Shown in pieces: positions 31,034 to 39,694 of a DNA stretch of 64,000 nucleotides. Both the position numbers and the translations under genes were made by a program. Source of the DNA: Candidatus Woesebacteria bacterium (GTDB lineage Bacteria; Patescibacteriota; Microgenomatia; UBA1400; MFAQ01); the NCBI GenBank assembly GCA_035389185.1, contig DAOORK010000001.1, positions 759,419 to 823,418 of the forward strand, in the 5' to 3' direction. Every line of letters starts with the position of its first letter. Positions within the stretch are counted from its first letter, which is position 1. The notes beneath the pieces were generated by a model. The model saw nothing but the letters and a program-made list of their open reading frames with translations, was not told where the DNA came from and searched no databases.

Positions 31034-31153
31034 TGTCCGGTGATCTGAGCGATTTGGAACCACCTCTTCCCATTTCGAACAGAGAAGTGAAACAGGTCAG
31101 CGTCGATGATAGTGACTGGGCAACCTTTTGCGAAAGTAGATCATCGCCGGGCA
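31034..31153 (+). rRNA. rrf: 5S rRNA
   Basis: CCATTTCGAACAGAGAAGTGAAAC and GCGAAAGTAG conserved blocks; terminal helix TGTCCGG/CCGGGCA; ~120 nt. Confidence 0.85.
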
Positions 31154-31161
31154 AACAAAGA

Positions 31162-31185
31162 ACTCACCTTAGGGTGAGTTTTTTG
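31162..31185 (+). terminator. rRNA operon terminator actcaccttagggtgagt + T6
   Basis: stem-loop and U-tract 9 nt after 5S. Confidence 0.65.
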
Positions 31186-31186
31186 T

Positions 31187-31400
31187 TAGCTCATCAGACT
31201 TGATCGGATAGATACGAGCTTGCTCGTCTTCTCCTCAATAATATTATTATTGAGGTATCCAGACTGCGCTTCCTCGTATATCTACGCCCATAATTCGAAT
31301 CGAATTATGGTCTTGATATCATCGCCAAGTCTGATGAGAATATATATATAAACTACCGGAAGGTGGTTTTTTTGTTGGTTCATCAGACTTGATTAAATAA
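31187..31400. repeat. direct/inverted repeat unit (G)TTrGyTCATCAGACTTGAT x2 direct plus one inverted copy, enclosing two perfect palindromes
   Basis: 31187-31209 and 31375-31397 direct copies each immediately after a terminator U-tract; inverted copy atcgccaagtctgatgag ~31320-31340; palindromes cctcaataatattattattgagg and ccataattcgaatcgaattatgg. Confidence 0.45.
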
Positions 31401-31404
31401 AAAA

Positions 31405-31421
31405 GGCCCTCGTGAGAGGGC
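31405..31421 (-). terminator. terminator ggccctcgtgagagggc
   Basis: followed by U-run on minus strand after stop of 31437 gene. Confidence 0.5.
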
Positions 31422-31436
31422 TGAAGAAAAGAAAGC

Positions 31437-31688
31437 TTACGATTTTGGAGAAATGGCGACTATTCTGGTAATTTTGTAGGTCACATCTGCCAAGTTCTTG
31501 CGACGTTTATGATGTTGATCGATAAAATCTTCTTCCATTTTTATTTCGAGTTTTTTGCGGTCGTCACCGATCGGTCTAGACTCCAACATCATCATTCTTT
31601 TTCCGTGTTGCTGCCATTCATTGTTCCAGGTGCTAACTGTTTTGATGTAATACACCATAAAAGGGTATAGAACAGGTTTTTCTGCCAT
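31437..31688 (-). CDS. hypothetical protein
   Basis: 83-aa ORF with own terminator. Confidence 0.35.
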   Translation of the reverse strand: MAEKPVLYPFMVYYIKTVSTWNNEWQQHGKRMMMLESRPIGDDRKKLEIKMEEDFIDQHHKRRKNLADVTYKITRIVAISPKS

Positions 31689-31945
31689 ACAGCCTCCATA
31701 TATTTAAAGTTCTTTGAGATTATAGCACCCACAAAATAGTGTGTATTTTTAAAAACAATTATTATTGTGGAGAATGTTGATAGGATAAATTACAATGAAG
31801 ATATTAACAGTTTAAAAGAAATGAAAAAACAACTGGGAGGGTTTGAAAACTTTGTTTACTATTTATTTATGCTTTTCACCTTGGGAGGTTTGTATGTCTA
31901 TAAAGTGGTAGTGAAGAAGGCTTTGTGTGAAATGACAGAACAGTA

Positions 31946-32440
31946 ATGAAAAAAGGAGGATGGTTAATTCTGGGGATGTTGGTTGGTGTTGTGGTGGTCG
32001 CCCAGGTGTTTTTGGCAGGACTGCGATTTGAAAAATTGGAGTATTTAAGGATGGTAGATGGAGATACTTTTTGGGTTAGAAATCTGCGAGATGGGAGTGA
32101 ATGGAGAGTACGCCTTTGGGGTGTGGATACACCTGGTACAAAGGAGTGTTATTCCGATGAGGCAACAAAAATACTGGAAAAAGAGCTGACAACCAAGAAG
32201 ATACGGTATGAGAGGTTTGGGTATGACAGCTATGGAAGGATACTGGCTAAAGTGTATGTCGATGGAGTGAATGTGGAAGAGTTGTTGGTGGCTACGGGAG
32301 CGGCGGTTCCTTATGAAGCATTTGAAGTGCACGATAAACTAAAGCCGAGTAAAGAATACATTGACAGTTTGAAAAAACTTGAAGAGAAGGCAAAAACTGA
32401 GAAGCTGGGAGTCTGGTCTGATGGGTGTGATAGCATGTAA
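31946..32440 (+). CDS. SNase-like (staphylococcal/micrococcal nuclease family) thermonuclease with N-terminal membrane anchor
   Basis: VDGDTFWV...RVRLWGVDTPGTKE...YGRILA catalytic/Ca-binding signatures. Confidence 0.8.
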   Translation: MKKGGWLILGMLVGVVVVAQVFLAGLRFEKLEYLRMVDGDTFWVRNLRDGSEWRVRLWGVDTPGTKECYSDEATKILEKELTTKKIRYERFGYDSYGRILAKVYVDGVNVEELLVATGAAVPYEAFEVHDKLKPSKEYIDSLKKLEEKAKTEKLGVWSDGCDSM

Positions 32441-32444
32441 ACAT

Positions 32445-32909
32445 ATGGGAAAAGAAATGGAAACAGAAGATTGGAAAAAAGATACGACAAATTGGTTCGC
32501 CGATGAAGGATGGGAAGATTTGGGGGACGGATGTTATGTGTTTGATGATAAAAATGGATGGGGTTGGTTTGAGTATCGAGATTTTGAACAAATTGGTGAA
32601 ACAAGCAGTTTTGTAGAACTGGAACTGGGACGAGACCTTAACGAGATGTACGTACTGCAACAAGAGATAATTGATGGCAAAGTGGAACATCGTTTGATTG
32701 TGCCGCCATTTAAAGATTATTACTGGAATCCTAGAGATAGTTGGTGTGGAGTGATCTATGGCAACGATGGGAGGATGGAGAAGAATAGAAATGTAAAGGG
32801 TTTGCCAAAGAGAATTGATATGGATAAGACGATAGAACTGTTTCTGAAACAGGTAGCGGAGAAAGATTTTTCGAAACCGGTACTAGTGAAAATAAACGAG
32901 AAAAAATGA
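32445..32909 (+). CDS. hypothetical Trp/acidic-rich protein
   Basis: in-frame ATG right after nuclease stop; 154 aa. Confidence 0.4.
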   Translation: MGKEMETEDWKKDTTNWFADEGWEDLGDGCYVFDDKNGWGWFEYRDFEQIGETSSFVELELGRDLNEMYVLQQEIIDGKVEHRLIVPPFKDYYWNPRDSWCGVIYGNDGRMEKNRNVKGLPKRIDMDKTIELFLKQVAEKDFSKPVLVKINEKK

Positions 32910-33430
32910 AGAGTGTAGAACTGGGAGAATACACTTCAAAAAACGAAGTTGTAGAAGGGGTAGATATGTGGAGAAAGAACTTGGGTTTGGAAGTGGAGGA
33001 GATAAATGCTGAAAAACCGTGGGGAGCTTATTGGAAAATAAAGAAAGAGTCCTTGGGGTTATTTTTGGAGTTATTTTTTCCAGAGATGATTGGGAGTGAT
33101 ACACAGATGGATTTGAGCCCAAAGTTTTTGTTGGTTGCGCCGAAAGAGAAACTATCTTGGCAGTATCACGATAGAAGAGCCGAAGAGTGGAAAGTAGTAA
33201 TCGGAGAGGTAAGGGTGAAACTTAGTGAAACTGATGAAGAACCTGAAGATGGAAAGCTTTACACAGAGGGAGATGTGATTGACTTGAAGCGCGAGGTAAG
33301 GCACCGACTGATTGGAGAAGATGGTTGGGGGTTGGTGGCAGAGGTATGGGTACATACCGATCCAGATAGCCCATCTGACGAGGAAGATATTGTGAGACTG
33401 GCGGATGATTACGGAAGAGAGAGAAGGTAA
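32906..33430 (+). CDS. cupin-domain protein (mannose-6-phosphate isomerase type II-like cupin)
   Basis: EKPWGAYWKI...SWQYHDRRAEEWKVVIGEVRV matches PMI-type cupin motif; acidic tail. Confidence 0.5.
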   Translation: MKSVELGEYTSKNEVVEGVDMWRKNLGLEVEEINAEKPWGAYWKIKKESLGLFLELFFPEMIGSDTQMDLSPKFLLVAPKEKLSWQYHDRRAEEWKVVIGEVRVKLSETDEEPEDGKLYTEGDVIDLKREVRHRLIGEDGWGLVAEVWVHTDPDSPSDEEDIVRLADDYGRERR

Positions 33431-33435
33431 AAAAA

Positions 33436-33454
33436 GCCCCTCGTGAAGAGGGGC
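33436..33454. terminator. bidirectional hairpin gcccctcgtgaagaggggc
   Basis: A7 upstream on plus means U-run for minus gene. Confidence 0.55.
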
Positions 33455-33463
33455 GAAAGTATA

Positions 33464-33979
33464 TTAGAGAAGGATTATTAACGCCAGTATACCGAGGATC
33501 ATAACGTAGAATAGGGCAAATAAAAGTAAGAGGAGAAAAGATAGGATAATATTGTTTATGAGGCTGTGTTCGGTAGTGACGGTAACTGGATCTTGGGTGG
33601 AGTAGAGGGAGACACGATGTTTTTGAACTTGATATAAACCTGGGTCAAGATCAGTGATGGCATAGTGGGAGGTGTCTTCACCAACTGCCGGGGGAATCTC
33701 AAGTGCCTCGATGACTACACCAGTTTGAATGTTTTTTAGGCAGAATGATTTATTTTTATTTCCTTGAATGACCAGACCTTCTGGCTGAAAAACGGTGATT
33801 TTTTCTGTCACGGGAACACTTAGGATCGTGTTTGGCCCAACTTCAGTTGTTTTTGGACGCAATTCCTCATTGGAGGCAAAACCCCAGCCAATCAGGGCGA
33901 CGATACCGAAGATGATGGTTAAACTGAGGAAGAGTTTGTAGCCGGGAGAGTTTTTATCGATTGATTTTTTTGTGGACAC
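33464..33979 (-). CDS. membrane-anchored hypothetical protein (N- and C-terminal TM)
   Basis: 171 aa. Confidence 0.4.
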   Translation of the reverse strand: MSTKKSIDKNSPGYKLFLSLTIIFGIVALIGWGFASNEELRPKTTEVGPNTILSVPVTEKITVFQPEGLVIQGNKNKSFCLKNIQTGVVIEALEIPPAVGEDTSHYAITDLDPGLYQVQKHRVSLYSTQDPVTVTTEHSLINNIILSFLLLLLFALFYVMILGILALIILL

Positions 33980-34260
33980 AGGAAGCTCCTCTTATCTAGA
34001 ATTAAAGTACAGGGTATTTTACCCTATAAGGGTAGATTCGGCAACTGTTAATGAAATATCTGTCCCTGTGCTTCCTCTTATATTCGCTCATAGTTTCGTT
34101 TCAGGTTTCACCTTCGCTGTGAAGATACGATTACGAATATTCAAGCACACTTCACTTTGATGTTTGAATATCAAGAATATTGTTGTGTTATGAGGCTAGG
34201 AAAGACAGTTTCGTGGTACAATATACGAGTCTAAAAGACAGGAAAGGAATTTTTATTAAA

Positions 34261-35385
34261 ATGAGCAAAGCTCAAACTGAAATTATTATTAAGAAAAATG
34301 TGTCCGTAATGGACAAGCTGATGGAGGGTGCCGCAAGCTTCCCTGGTGCTTTGAAAAAAGGCCAGAAGGTAGAAGGTGTGGTTTCTTCGATCGGTAAAAA
34401 GATGGTGCTTATTGATATCGGAGCCAAGACCGAAGGTGTGGTTTCCGGTGAAGATTTGGTAGAAGCCTACGATGTTTTGGCCGAACTTAAAGTTGGCGAC
34501 AAAACTGAAGCCTATGTGAAGTTTCCTGAGAATGATCAGGGTCAGATTATCCTATCTCTCAAACAAGCCGCCGAAGAAAACCGCTGGTCTCGCTTCAAGA
34601 AGTTGATGGATGAAGAAAAAGAAGTGGAAGTTATCGGTGTTGAGGTTAATAAGGGCGGAATGGTGGTTAAAGTGGGTGAGATTCGAGGATTTGTGCCTAC
34701 TTCACAGTTTGGTGAGAAGTTCCTGGGCAACATGGAAGAGCTTTTGAACAAAGCTTTCAAGGTCCGCGTTATTGAGGTGGATAAGGATCAAAATAGACTT
34801 ATTTTCTCTGAGAAGATGGTGTCTGATTCAGAGTCTTTGGCCAAAAAAGGCGAGGCTTTGGAGATGGTATCAGTGAATGATAAGTTTGAAGGAACTGTGT
34901 CCGGCATTATGCCTTTTGGTGTCTTTGTAACAGTTAGTGTACCGATGAAGGACAAAGATGGTGAAACTGCCAAGGTTGAAGGTTTGATTCATATTTCCGA
35001 GATTTCTTGGGAGAAGGTGGAAGATCCAAACGAGATGTTTAAGGTCGGCCAAGAAGTTAAGGTTCAGGTTATCGGTATCGATAAAGGTGCCGGAAAACTT
35101 AATTTGTCTATCAAACAGATGACAAATGACCCTTGGAAAGAAATCGAAAAGAACTATGCTGTGGGTACAAAACACACAGGTAAAGTCGTTCGTATCGCTC
35201 CTTACGGTATCTTCGTGAACTTCGAGAAGGGTGTTGACGGTTTGATTCACGTTTCGAAGAAACCTGCCGACAAAGAGTTCGCTATGGGTGAAGAAGTCGA
35301 GGTATTTGTAGAAATGATTGATGTGAAGTCGAGAAGAATGTCTTTGGGTGTAGTACTAACTGAAGTACCTGTTGCGTACAAATAA
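34261..35385 (+). CDS. rpsA: 30S ribosomal protein S1 (four S1 domains)
   Basis: repeated S1 motifs G.V..I..FG.FV...G..GL.H.SE; start placed at ATG 34261 (ORF-track TTG 34180 is an alternative). Confidence 0.85.
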   Translation: MSKAQTEIIIKKNVSVMDKLMEGAASFPGALKKGQKVEGVVSSIGKKMVLIDIGAKTEGVVSGEDLVEAYDVLAELKVGDKTEAYVKFPENDQGQIILSLKQAAEENRWSRFKKLMDEEKEVEVIGVEVNKGGMVVKVGEIRGFVPTSQFGEKFLGNMEELLNKAFKVRVIEVDKDQNRLIFSEKMVSDSESLAKKGEALEMVSVNDKFEGTVSGIMPFGVFVTVSVPMKDKDGETAKVEGLIHISEISWEKVEDPNEMFKVGQEVKVQVIGIDKGAGKLNLSIKQMTNDPWKEIEKNYAVGTKHTGKVVRIAPYGIFVNFEKGVDGLIHVSKKPADKEFAMGEEVEVFVEMIDVKSRRMSLGVVLTEVPVAYK

Positions 35386-35440
35386 CGTAATTTAAAGAGC
35401 GGGCCATGGGCCCGCTCTTGGTAACAATTAACAAGATATA

Positions 35441-35593
35441 CTAAATAATATGTCGAAAACTAAAATGATAGTAAAAGAGGATCAAATACTTGTAGATGTA
35501 GAAACAATTTTCAAAGAGATTGAAGCCGCAGGCGGAGATTGGAAAAAAGTGTGGGAAGAATTTAAGGCTTACCTAAAAGACGTTAAAGGCGAG
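35441..35593 (+). CDS. small ORF (50 aa), hypothetical
   Basis: MSKTKMIVKEDQILVDVETIFKEIEAAGGDWKKVWEEFKAYLKDVKGEEK; below ORF-track cutoff. Confidence 0.25.
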
Positions 35594-35641
35594 GAAAAAT
35601 AATTTGTTCGACGGTTTGAATTGTTGTAGTAGAATCTAGCT

Positions 35642-36187
35642 ATGAAAGAAAAAGATATTCGTGAAGGTCAACCGTATCCTTTGGCAAAGATGGAGGTGTT
35701 AAAAAAGGTTAGTGACTGTGGCTCTTTGGGGGATATGGAAAGCTGGAAGAGCTCGTACCCAGAGATTGAGTTTCCGGAAGTGATTACTTTTGGGGATCGT
35801 GATGACGGCGGTTGGGAGACGGAGATTGACTGGGAAGAGAGAAGTATTGAAGAAAAAGTGTTGTATGTGATGATAGCCGAGGAGAAAGAGATTGCCGTGG
35901 AGTACGTGATTGAGTCTGAAGTAAATGAGGTGTGCGAAGGAAGGGAGTGTCAGGGGACTTTTAAGGTTAGACAGTTGATTGATGATCCTCACAAAATATT
36001 CGTTATGTGGGCAGAAAGGTGTTTTGCTGAAGGGGAGCTGTCTGAGGACGCGGTAAGGGCTTTTGTGGAGTATAGCATTGCTGACGACAATTGCCGGAGA
36101 GAGTACGTGGATGATGCCGATTTTGAGGATATCAGAGTAAAAGAGATCTCGGTTAAATTAAGAGATACAAAAAGAACTCATTGCTGA
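35642..36187 (+). CDS. acidic Cys-containing hypothetical protein
   Basis: 181 aa. Confidence 0.4.
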   Translation: MKEKDIREGQPYPLAKMEVLKKVSDCGSLGDMESWKSSYPEIEFPEVITFGDRDDGGWETEIDWEERSIEEKVLYVMIAEEKEIAVEYVIESEVNEVCEGRECQGTFKVRQLIDDPHKIFVMWAERCFAEGELSEDAVRAFVEYSIADDNCRREYVDDADFEDIRVKEISVKLRDTKRTHC

Positions 36188-36300
36188 GTTCTTTAAGGAG
36201 GAGGTTACTTTTGGTAACGCTCTAGCTTAATGATCGCTCATCAAGCTGATTTTTACTGTAACAAATATTACATACTTTGTCAAGTGGGCGGATAAATTAA

Positions 36301-36323
36301 AGCCCCGGGGTTTGGCCGGGGCT
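36301..36323. terminator. bidirectional terminator agccccggggtttggccggggct
   Basis: 8-bp GC stem with T-run. Confidence 0.6.
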
Positions 36324-36331
36324 TTTGGTAT

Positions 36332-37021
36332 TTAGGAAGCAAGTTCAGCTTTGGTGATTCTGCGTATGAAGGTGGATGAACCATCTCCATCAACTTCGTC
36401 TTCTGGCTTCCAGGTGATTTGTTCGCCAGAGTTTAGATAGCGAAGTCCGTTTTCCCGTTTGGGGCATCCCTCGCAGTGAATATTATAGTCAAACAAAGGG
36501 TTTGTGCTTGCGACAGCACCGAAGCCGCGAAGGGCGGAAAACCATTTAACTTGACCTGGCAGGTACTCTTCGTCGGTTTGAACATACTCCTCGACGATGA
36601 GATAAAAAATCCCGTGCTGTTGTTGAATGCCGATACTAAAATGCCGATCGGCAACATCAAGACAAACAATATTGTTGGGCCAGCGGGGAGCTAGGCCAAC
36701 ACTTTCACCTTCAATGATGGTGATGTTTTTTTCGTAAACACCCTCACCGATCGTTTTTTTGGCGATGTGTTTGCTGGGATTGTTGGGATCGATGGTAAAA
36801 CAGGAGTGTTCGCCAATAACACTGAGATTAATCTTCAGTTTCGATCCAATGAGAAAAGCTCCCAGACGGCCAGTGACGGCCGGTTTGATGTCTTTGCCTT
36901 CTTTGGTGACCCAAAGGGCGGAGTGTGGAATGCTATCGATCGAGGTGATGATTTTGGTAGCCATTAGAAAGTCCCCTCCTTGGGGAGTAAAGCTGAACTT
37001 GAATTGGAAGGTACAGCCCAT
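36332..37021 (-). CDS. hypothetical protein (possible start at MATKIIT, 36964)
   Basis: 229 aa, CxxC-like HCEGCP near C-terminus. Confidence 0.4.
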   Translation of the reverse strand: MGCTFQFKFSFTPQGGDFLMATKIITSIDSIPHSALWVTKEGKDIKPAVTGRLGAFLIGSKLKINLSVIGEHSCFTIDPNNPSKHIAKKTIGEGVYEKNITIIEGESVGLAPRWPNNIVCLDVADRHFSIGIQQQHGIFYLIVEEYVQTDEEYLPGQVKWFSALRGFGAVASTNPLFDYNIHCEGCPKRENGLRYLNSGEQITWKPEDEVDGDGSSTFIRRITKAELAS

Positions 37022-37080
37022 CGTTGGGCTTAAAACAAGGCCTATAATAGCATAAAGTGGCTAAAAAGTCAAGCTAGGGC

Positions 37081-38397
37081 CTATTTTTTGGAAAGAGGAA
37101 TCTCTCTGATAGTCTTGTGTGTTTGGGGAGAGAAGATTTTGTCGTAGCCTAAAGTTTTGGCTTCTTTGAGCATTTTGTCGGTGAAACCAACCCTTCTGAT
37201 CTCTCCTAATAGGCCAAGTTCGCCAAAACTGATGGAGTTGTCGGGAAGAGGCACATCCTTGGCAGAAGAGATGATGGCAAGAGCAATGCCAAGATCTGCT
37301 CCCGGATCTTTGACGTCCATACCGCCAGTAACATTGACAAAAACATCCTTTTCGCTTAAAGGGAGATGGAGATGTTTGGTAAGAATAGCGCAGATAAGCT
37401 GAAGTCTGTTGGTAGAGACTCCTTTGGCAATGCGACGGGGGACGGGGAGAGGTGAGGAGACAACGAGAGCTTGGATTTCGATAGTCAGCGGTCTGGTGCC
37501 TTCCATAATCATGGTAAGACATGAGCCTGGAGCATTTTTAATACGGCCATCCAATAAAATAGCACCGGGGTCTTTGACTTCTTCCAGGCCTAAGCTTGTC
37601 ATTTGAAAAATACCGGTCTCGTCGGTGGGACCAAAGCGATTTTTGATAGTTCTGAGTAAGCGTAAAAGGTGCTGTCTATCGCCACTTAATTCAAGAACTG
37701 TATCAACCATGTGTTCAAGCATTTTTGGGCCGGCGATGTCACCAACTTTGGTGACATGACCGACAATAATCAGAGGAACACCGTGTTCTTTGGCTGTTTG
37801 AATAAGCAGTGAGGCACTGTCTCTGATCTGTGATGGAGAGCCTGGAGTAGTAGCGTTTTGGTTGGTGTAAACAGACTGTATAGAGTCGATAATGACCAAG
37901 GAATTTTTATTTTTGGCAATGGTTTCGCAAATCTCGTCGACAAGAGAAGTACTTAAAAGATGAAGATTGGCGGTGTCTTTTTTGGAGAGTCTTTTGATAC
38001 GGGTGGCTACCTGGGCGGGATTTTCTTCGGAACAGACATAGTAAACATCTTGGGGCACGGATAGAGCGAGTTGGGTGAGAAGGGTGGACTTGCCAATGCC
38101 GGGCTGACCGGCCAATAGATAAACTCCGCCGCGAGTAAGCCCGGGGCCTAGGACGCGGTCAAACTCACCAATGCCTGTTGAAAAAGTGTAGCCTTGCTCG
38201 GAGGTTAGGGCTTCTTTGACGGTGAAAGACTCGGCAGGCTTGACGGAAGTTTTTTTGGTGCCTCCTCTTGGGGTTTTGAGAAAGGGGGTGGCTTCAACGA
38301 GAGTGTTCCATTCGTGGCAAGCAGGGCATTGACCTGCCCATTTGGCAAACTCGTTGCCACAGCTATTACAGAAAAAAACAGTTGAGGATTTTGGCAT
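37081..38397 (-). CDS. radA: DNA repair protein RadA/Sms
   Basis: N-terminal C4 zinc finger CNSCGNEFAKWAGQCPAC, Walker A GQPGIGKST, KNRFG motif, C-terminal Lon-protease-like domain. Confidence 0.9.
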   Translation of the reverse strand: MPKSSTVFFCNSCGNEFAKWAGQCPACHEWNTLVEATPFLKTPRGGTKKTSVKPAESFTVKEALTSEQGYTFSTGIGEFDRVLGPGLTRGGVYLLAGQPGIGKSTLLTQLALSVPQDVYYVCSEENPAQVATRIKRLSKKDTANLHLLSTSLVDEICETIAKNKNSLVIIDSIQSVYTNQNATTPGSPSQIRDSASLLIQTAKEHGVPLIIVGHVTKVGDIAGPKMLEHMVDTVLELSGDRQHLLRLLRTIKNRFGPTDETGIFQMTSLGLEEVKDPGAILLDGRIKNAPGSCLTMIMEGTRPLTIEIQALVVSSPLPVPRRIAKGVSTNRLQLICAILTKHLHLPLSEKDVFVNVTGGMDVKDPGADLGIALAIISSAKDVPLPDNSISFGELGLLGEIRRVGFTDKMLKEAKTLGYDKIFSPQTHKTIREIPLSKK

Positions 38398-38400
38398 ATT

Positions 38401-38436
38401 CGTATTATGTATTAAGTATTATGTATTATGTATGAG
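38401..38436 (+). repeat. GTATTATGTAT-family repeat copy B
   Basis: cgtattatgtattaagtattatgtattatgtatgag; lies between radA start and four-helix-bundle gene stop (overlaps its last codons). Confidence 0.6.
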
Positions 38437-38794
38437 AATTAAGATATTTGATAAGGGAGTTTATGAGTTTGCTGACAATGATTGTTTGTTCAGCAATCGT
38501 GGTAAAGTCTTTCTGTTTTATATAACCGATGTCTTTGGCAATAAGCAGTTGGTTTTGAACTTCGGTAAGGGACCCGAGTGCTTGATGGAAAAATTGTCTT
38601 TTTTCTAAAGATGACCTTCGGGAAAAACCTTCGGCAATATTTGAAGATACAGATACGGAAGCCCGTCGAATTTGGTTTGTAAGACTGTATTGTTCGTCTT
38701 TGGGAAATGATTTGGTGATGTTGTATATGAACAAATCGAGGGAGTGAGCTTCTTTCCAAGCGTTTAGATCAGTAAAAGATTTTATGATCCCCAT
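38426..38794 (-). CDS. four-helix-bundle protein (family first described as '23S rRNA intervening-sequence protein')
   Basis: W.EAH.L...IY.ITK.FPK.E.YSLTNQIRRASVSV.SNIAEGF.R.S..E...F...ALGSL.E....L.IA.DIGY signature; 122 aa. Confidence 0.8.
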   Translation of the reverse strand: MGIIKSFTDLNAWKEAHSLDLFIYNITKSFPKDEQYSLTNQIRRASVSVSSNIAEGFSRRSSLEKRQFFHQALGSLTEVQNQLLIAKDIGYIKQKDFTTIAEQTIIVSKLINSLIKYLNSHT

Positions 38795-38836
38795 ACAAAT
38801 ACATAATACATGATTCCTGATACAAAATACGTATCC
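38795..38836 (-). repeat. GTATTATGTAT-family repeat copy C (inverted relative to B)
   Basis: reverse complement reads ggatacgtattttgtatcaggaatcatgtattatgtatttgtat. Confidence 0.55.
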
Positions 38837-39371
38837 CTAAGGGGGTATTTTGACGGGGTTTTGAAGCTAAAAAGAGTATAGGATAACCCGGAAATCGGTT
38901 ATAGGTTGATAAGCTTGACAGGTTGTGATATATTGTCGGTTAGGTCAAGTAAATTCAAAAAAACTAATGAAAAATCTGCTCAACAAATTAGTAAATACGC
39001 GTAAAAGGACCGTCCGGGTGAACCGGAACCTACATCGCGAAACCGTTTCTTTTCAGATTGCAAAAATGGGAAGAATGGGACAGCAACTAGTGGTTGCAAG
39101 CCGCTAATTCCTCAAACACTTTAAAATCGATATTTTTAGGCAAGAAAAAAGCATTATCACCGTAGCCTAACTCGAATGACAATGCTTTTTTGCATTGGTT
39201 AATGAAAGGACAGTTTTCATCAACCACCTACAGATTAACATCGGCAAAAATCACTGTCAACTATAACAAAAGGCCTCAGAGTTGGGTGTGATGACGAGTT
39301 GGGCAGGCACGTCATCACCCCTATTGTGAGGCTTTTTGGTAACAAAAAGCAGTTTCAGGAAGGGAGAGAAG

Positions 39372-39602
39372 ATGAAGTGGAAGTATCTGATTATTGGAGT
39401 ATCGAGGGATGGTTGGGTGACATCTTTCAATGACGAAGGGAAGGCACTACTTGCAGATCCTTCACAGGAGTCAACTTATATAAATCGTGCGATGAAAGTT
39501 ATCGGTGAAAATGGATGGGAACTGGTAATAGTAATTCCAGAAGGTGTCATGGGATTGGTTCCTCACGGAGATAGATACATATTTAAGAAAAAAGTTGAGT
39601 AA
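39372..39602 (+). CDS. small hypothetical protein (DUF4177-like size/shape)
   Basis: MKWKYLIIG...; SD ggaagggagag; ORF-track TTG 39336 alternative. Confidence 0.4.
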   Translation: MKWKYLIIGVSRDGWVTSFNDEGKALLADPSQESTYINRAMKVIGENGWELVIVIPEGVMGLVPHGDRYIFKKKVE

Positions 39603-39613
39603 ACAATAATATC

Positions 39614-39636
39614 CCCGGCGAAGAGCCGGGTTTTTT
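39614..39636 (+). terminator. intrinsic terminator cccggcgaagagccggg + T6
   Basis: stem-loop with U-tract. Confidence 0.65.
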
Positions 39637-39650
39637 GTGGCTAGGGGGAA

Positions 39651-39686
39651 CGTATTATGAATTATGTATTAAGTATTATGTATGAG
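39651..39686 (+). repeat. GTATTATGTAT-family repeat copy D
   Basis: cgtattatgaattatgtattaagtattatgtatgag, ~90% identical to copy B, 8 nt from stop of giant membrane protein gene. Confidence 0.6.
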
Positions 39687-39694
39687 AGGGGAAA

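Noticed and set aside
38342-38608. ORF 38342..38608 (+) and 38490..38759 (-)
   Set aside because: Overlap the four-helix-bundle gene, which has a clear family signature, and run through the repeat element; no SD.
38925-39107. ORF 38925..39107 (+), 60 aa, GTG start
   Set aside because: Basic low-complexity peptide with no SD in an AT-rich spacer; more likely non-coding.
38990-39110. Possible RNase P / SRP RNA resemblance (aggaccgtccgggtgaaccgg) in the 540-bp non-coding region after the cassette
   Set aside because: Only a short GGxCCGGG-type match; none of the other universally conserved RNase P (P4 3' strand, GNRA-receptor) or SRP domain IV motifs found nearby. Left as unexplained non-coding DNA.
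30888-39686. Whether the GTATTATGTAT repeats could be a CRISPR array
   Set aside because: Copies are irregularly spaced (kilobases apart), occur in both orientations, have no uniform spacers and no cas genes in the window.
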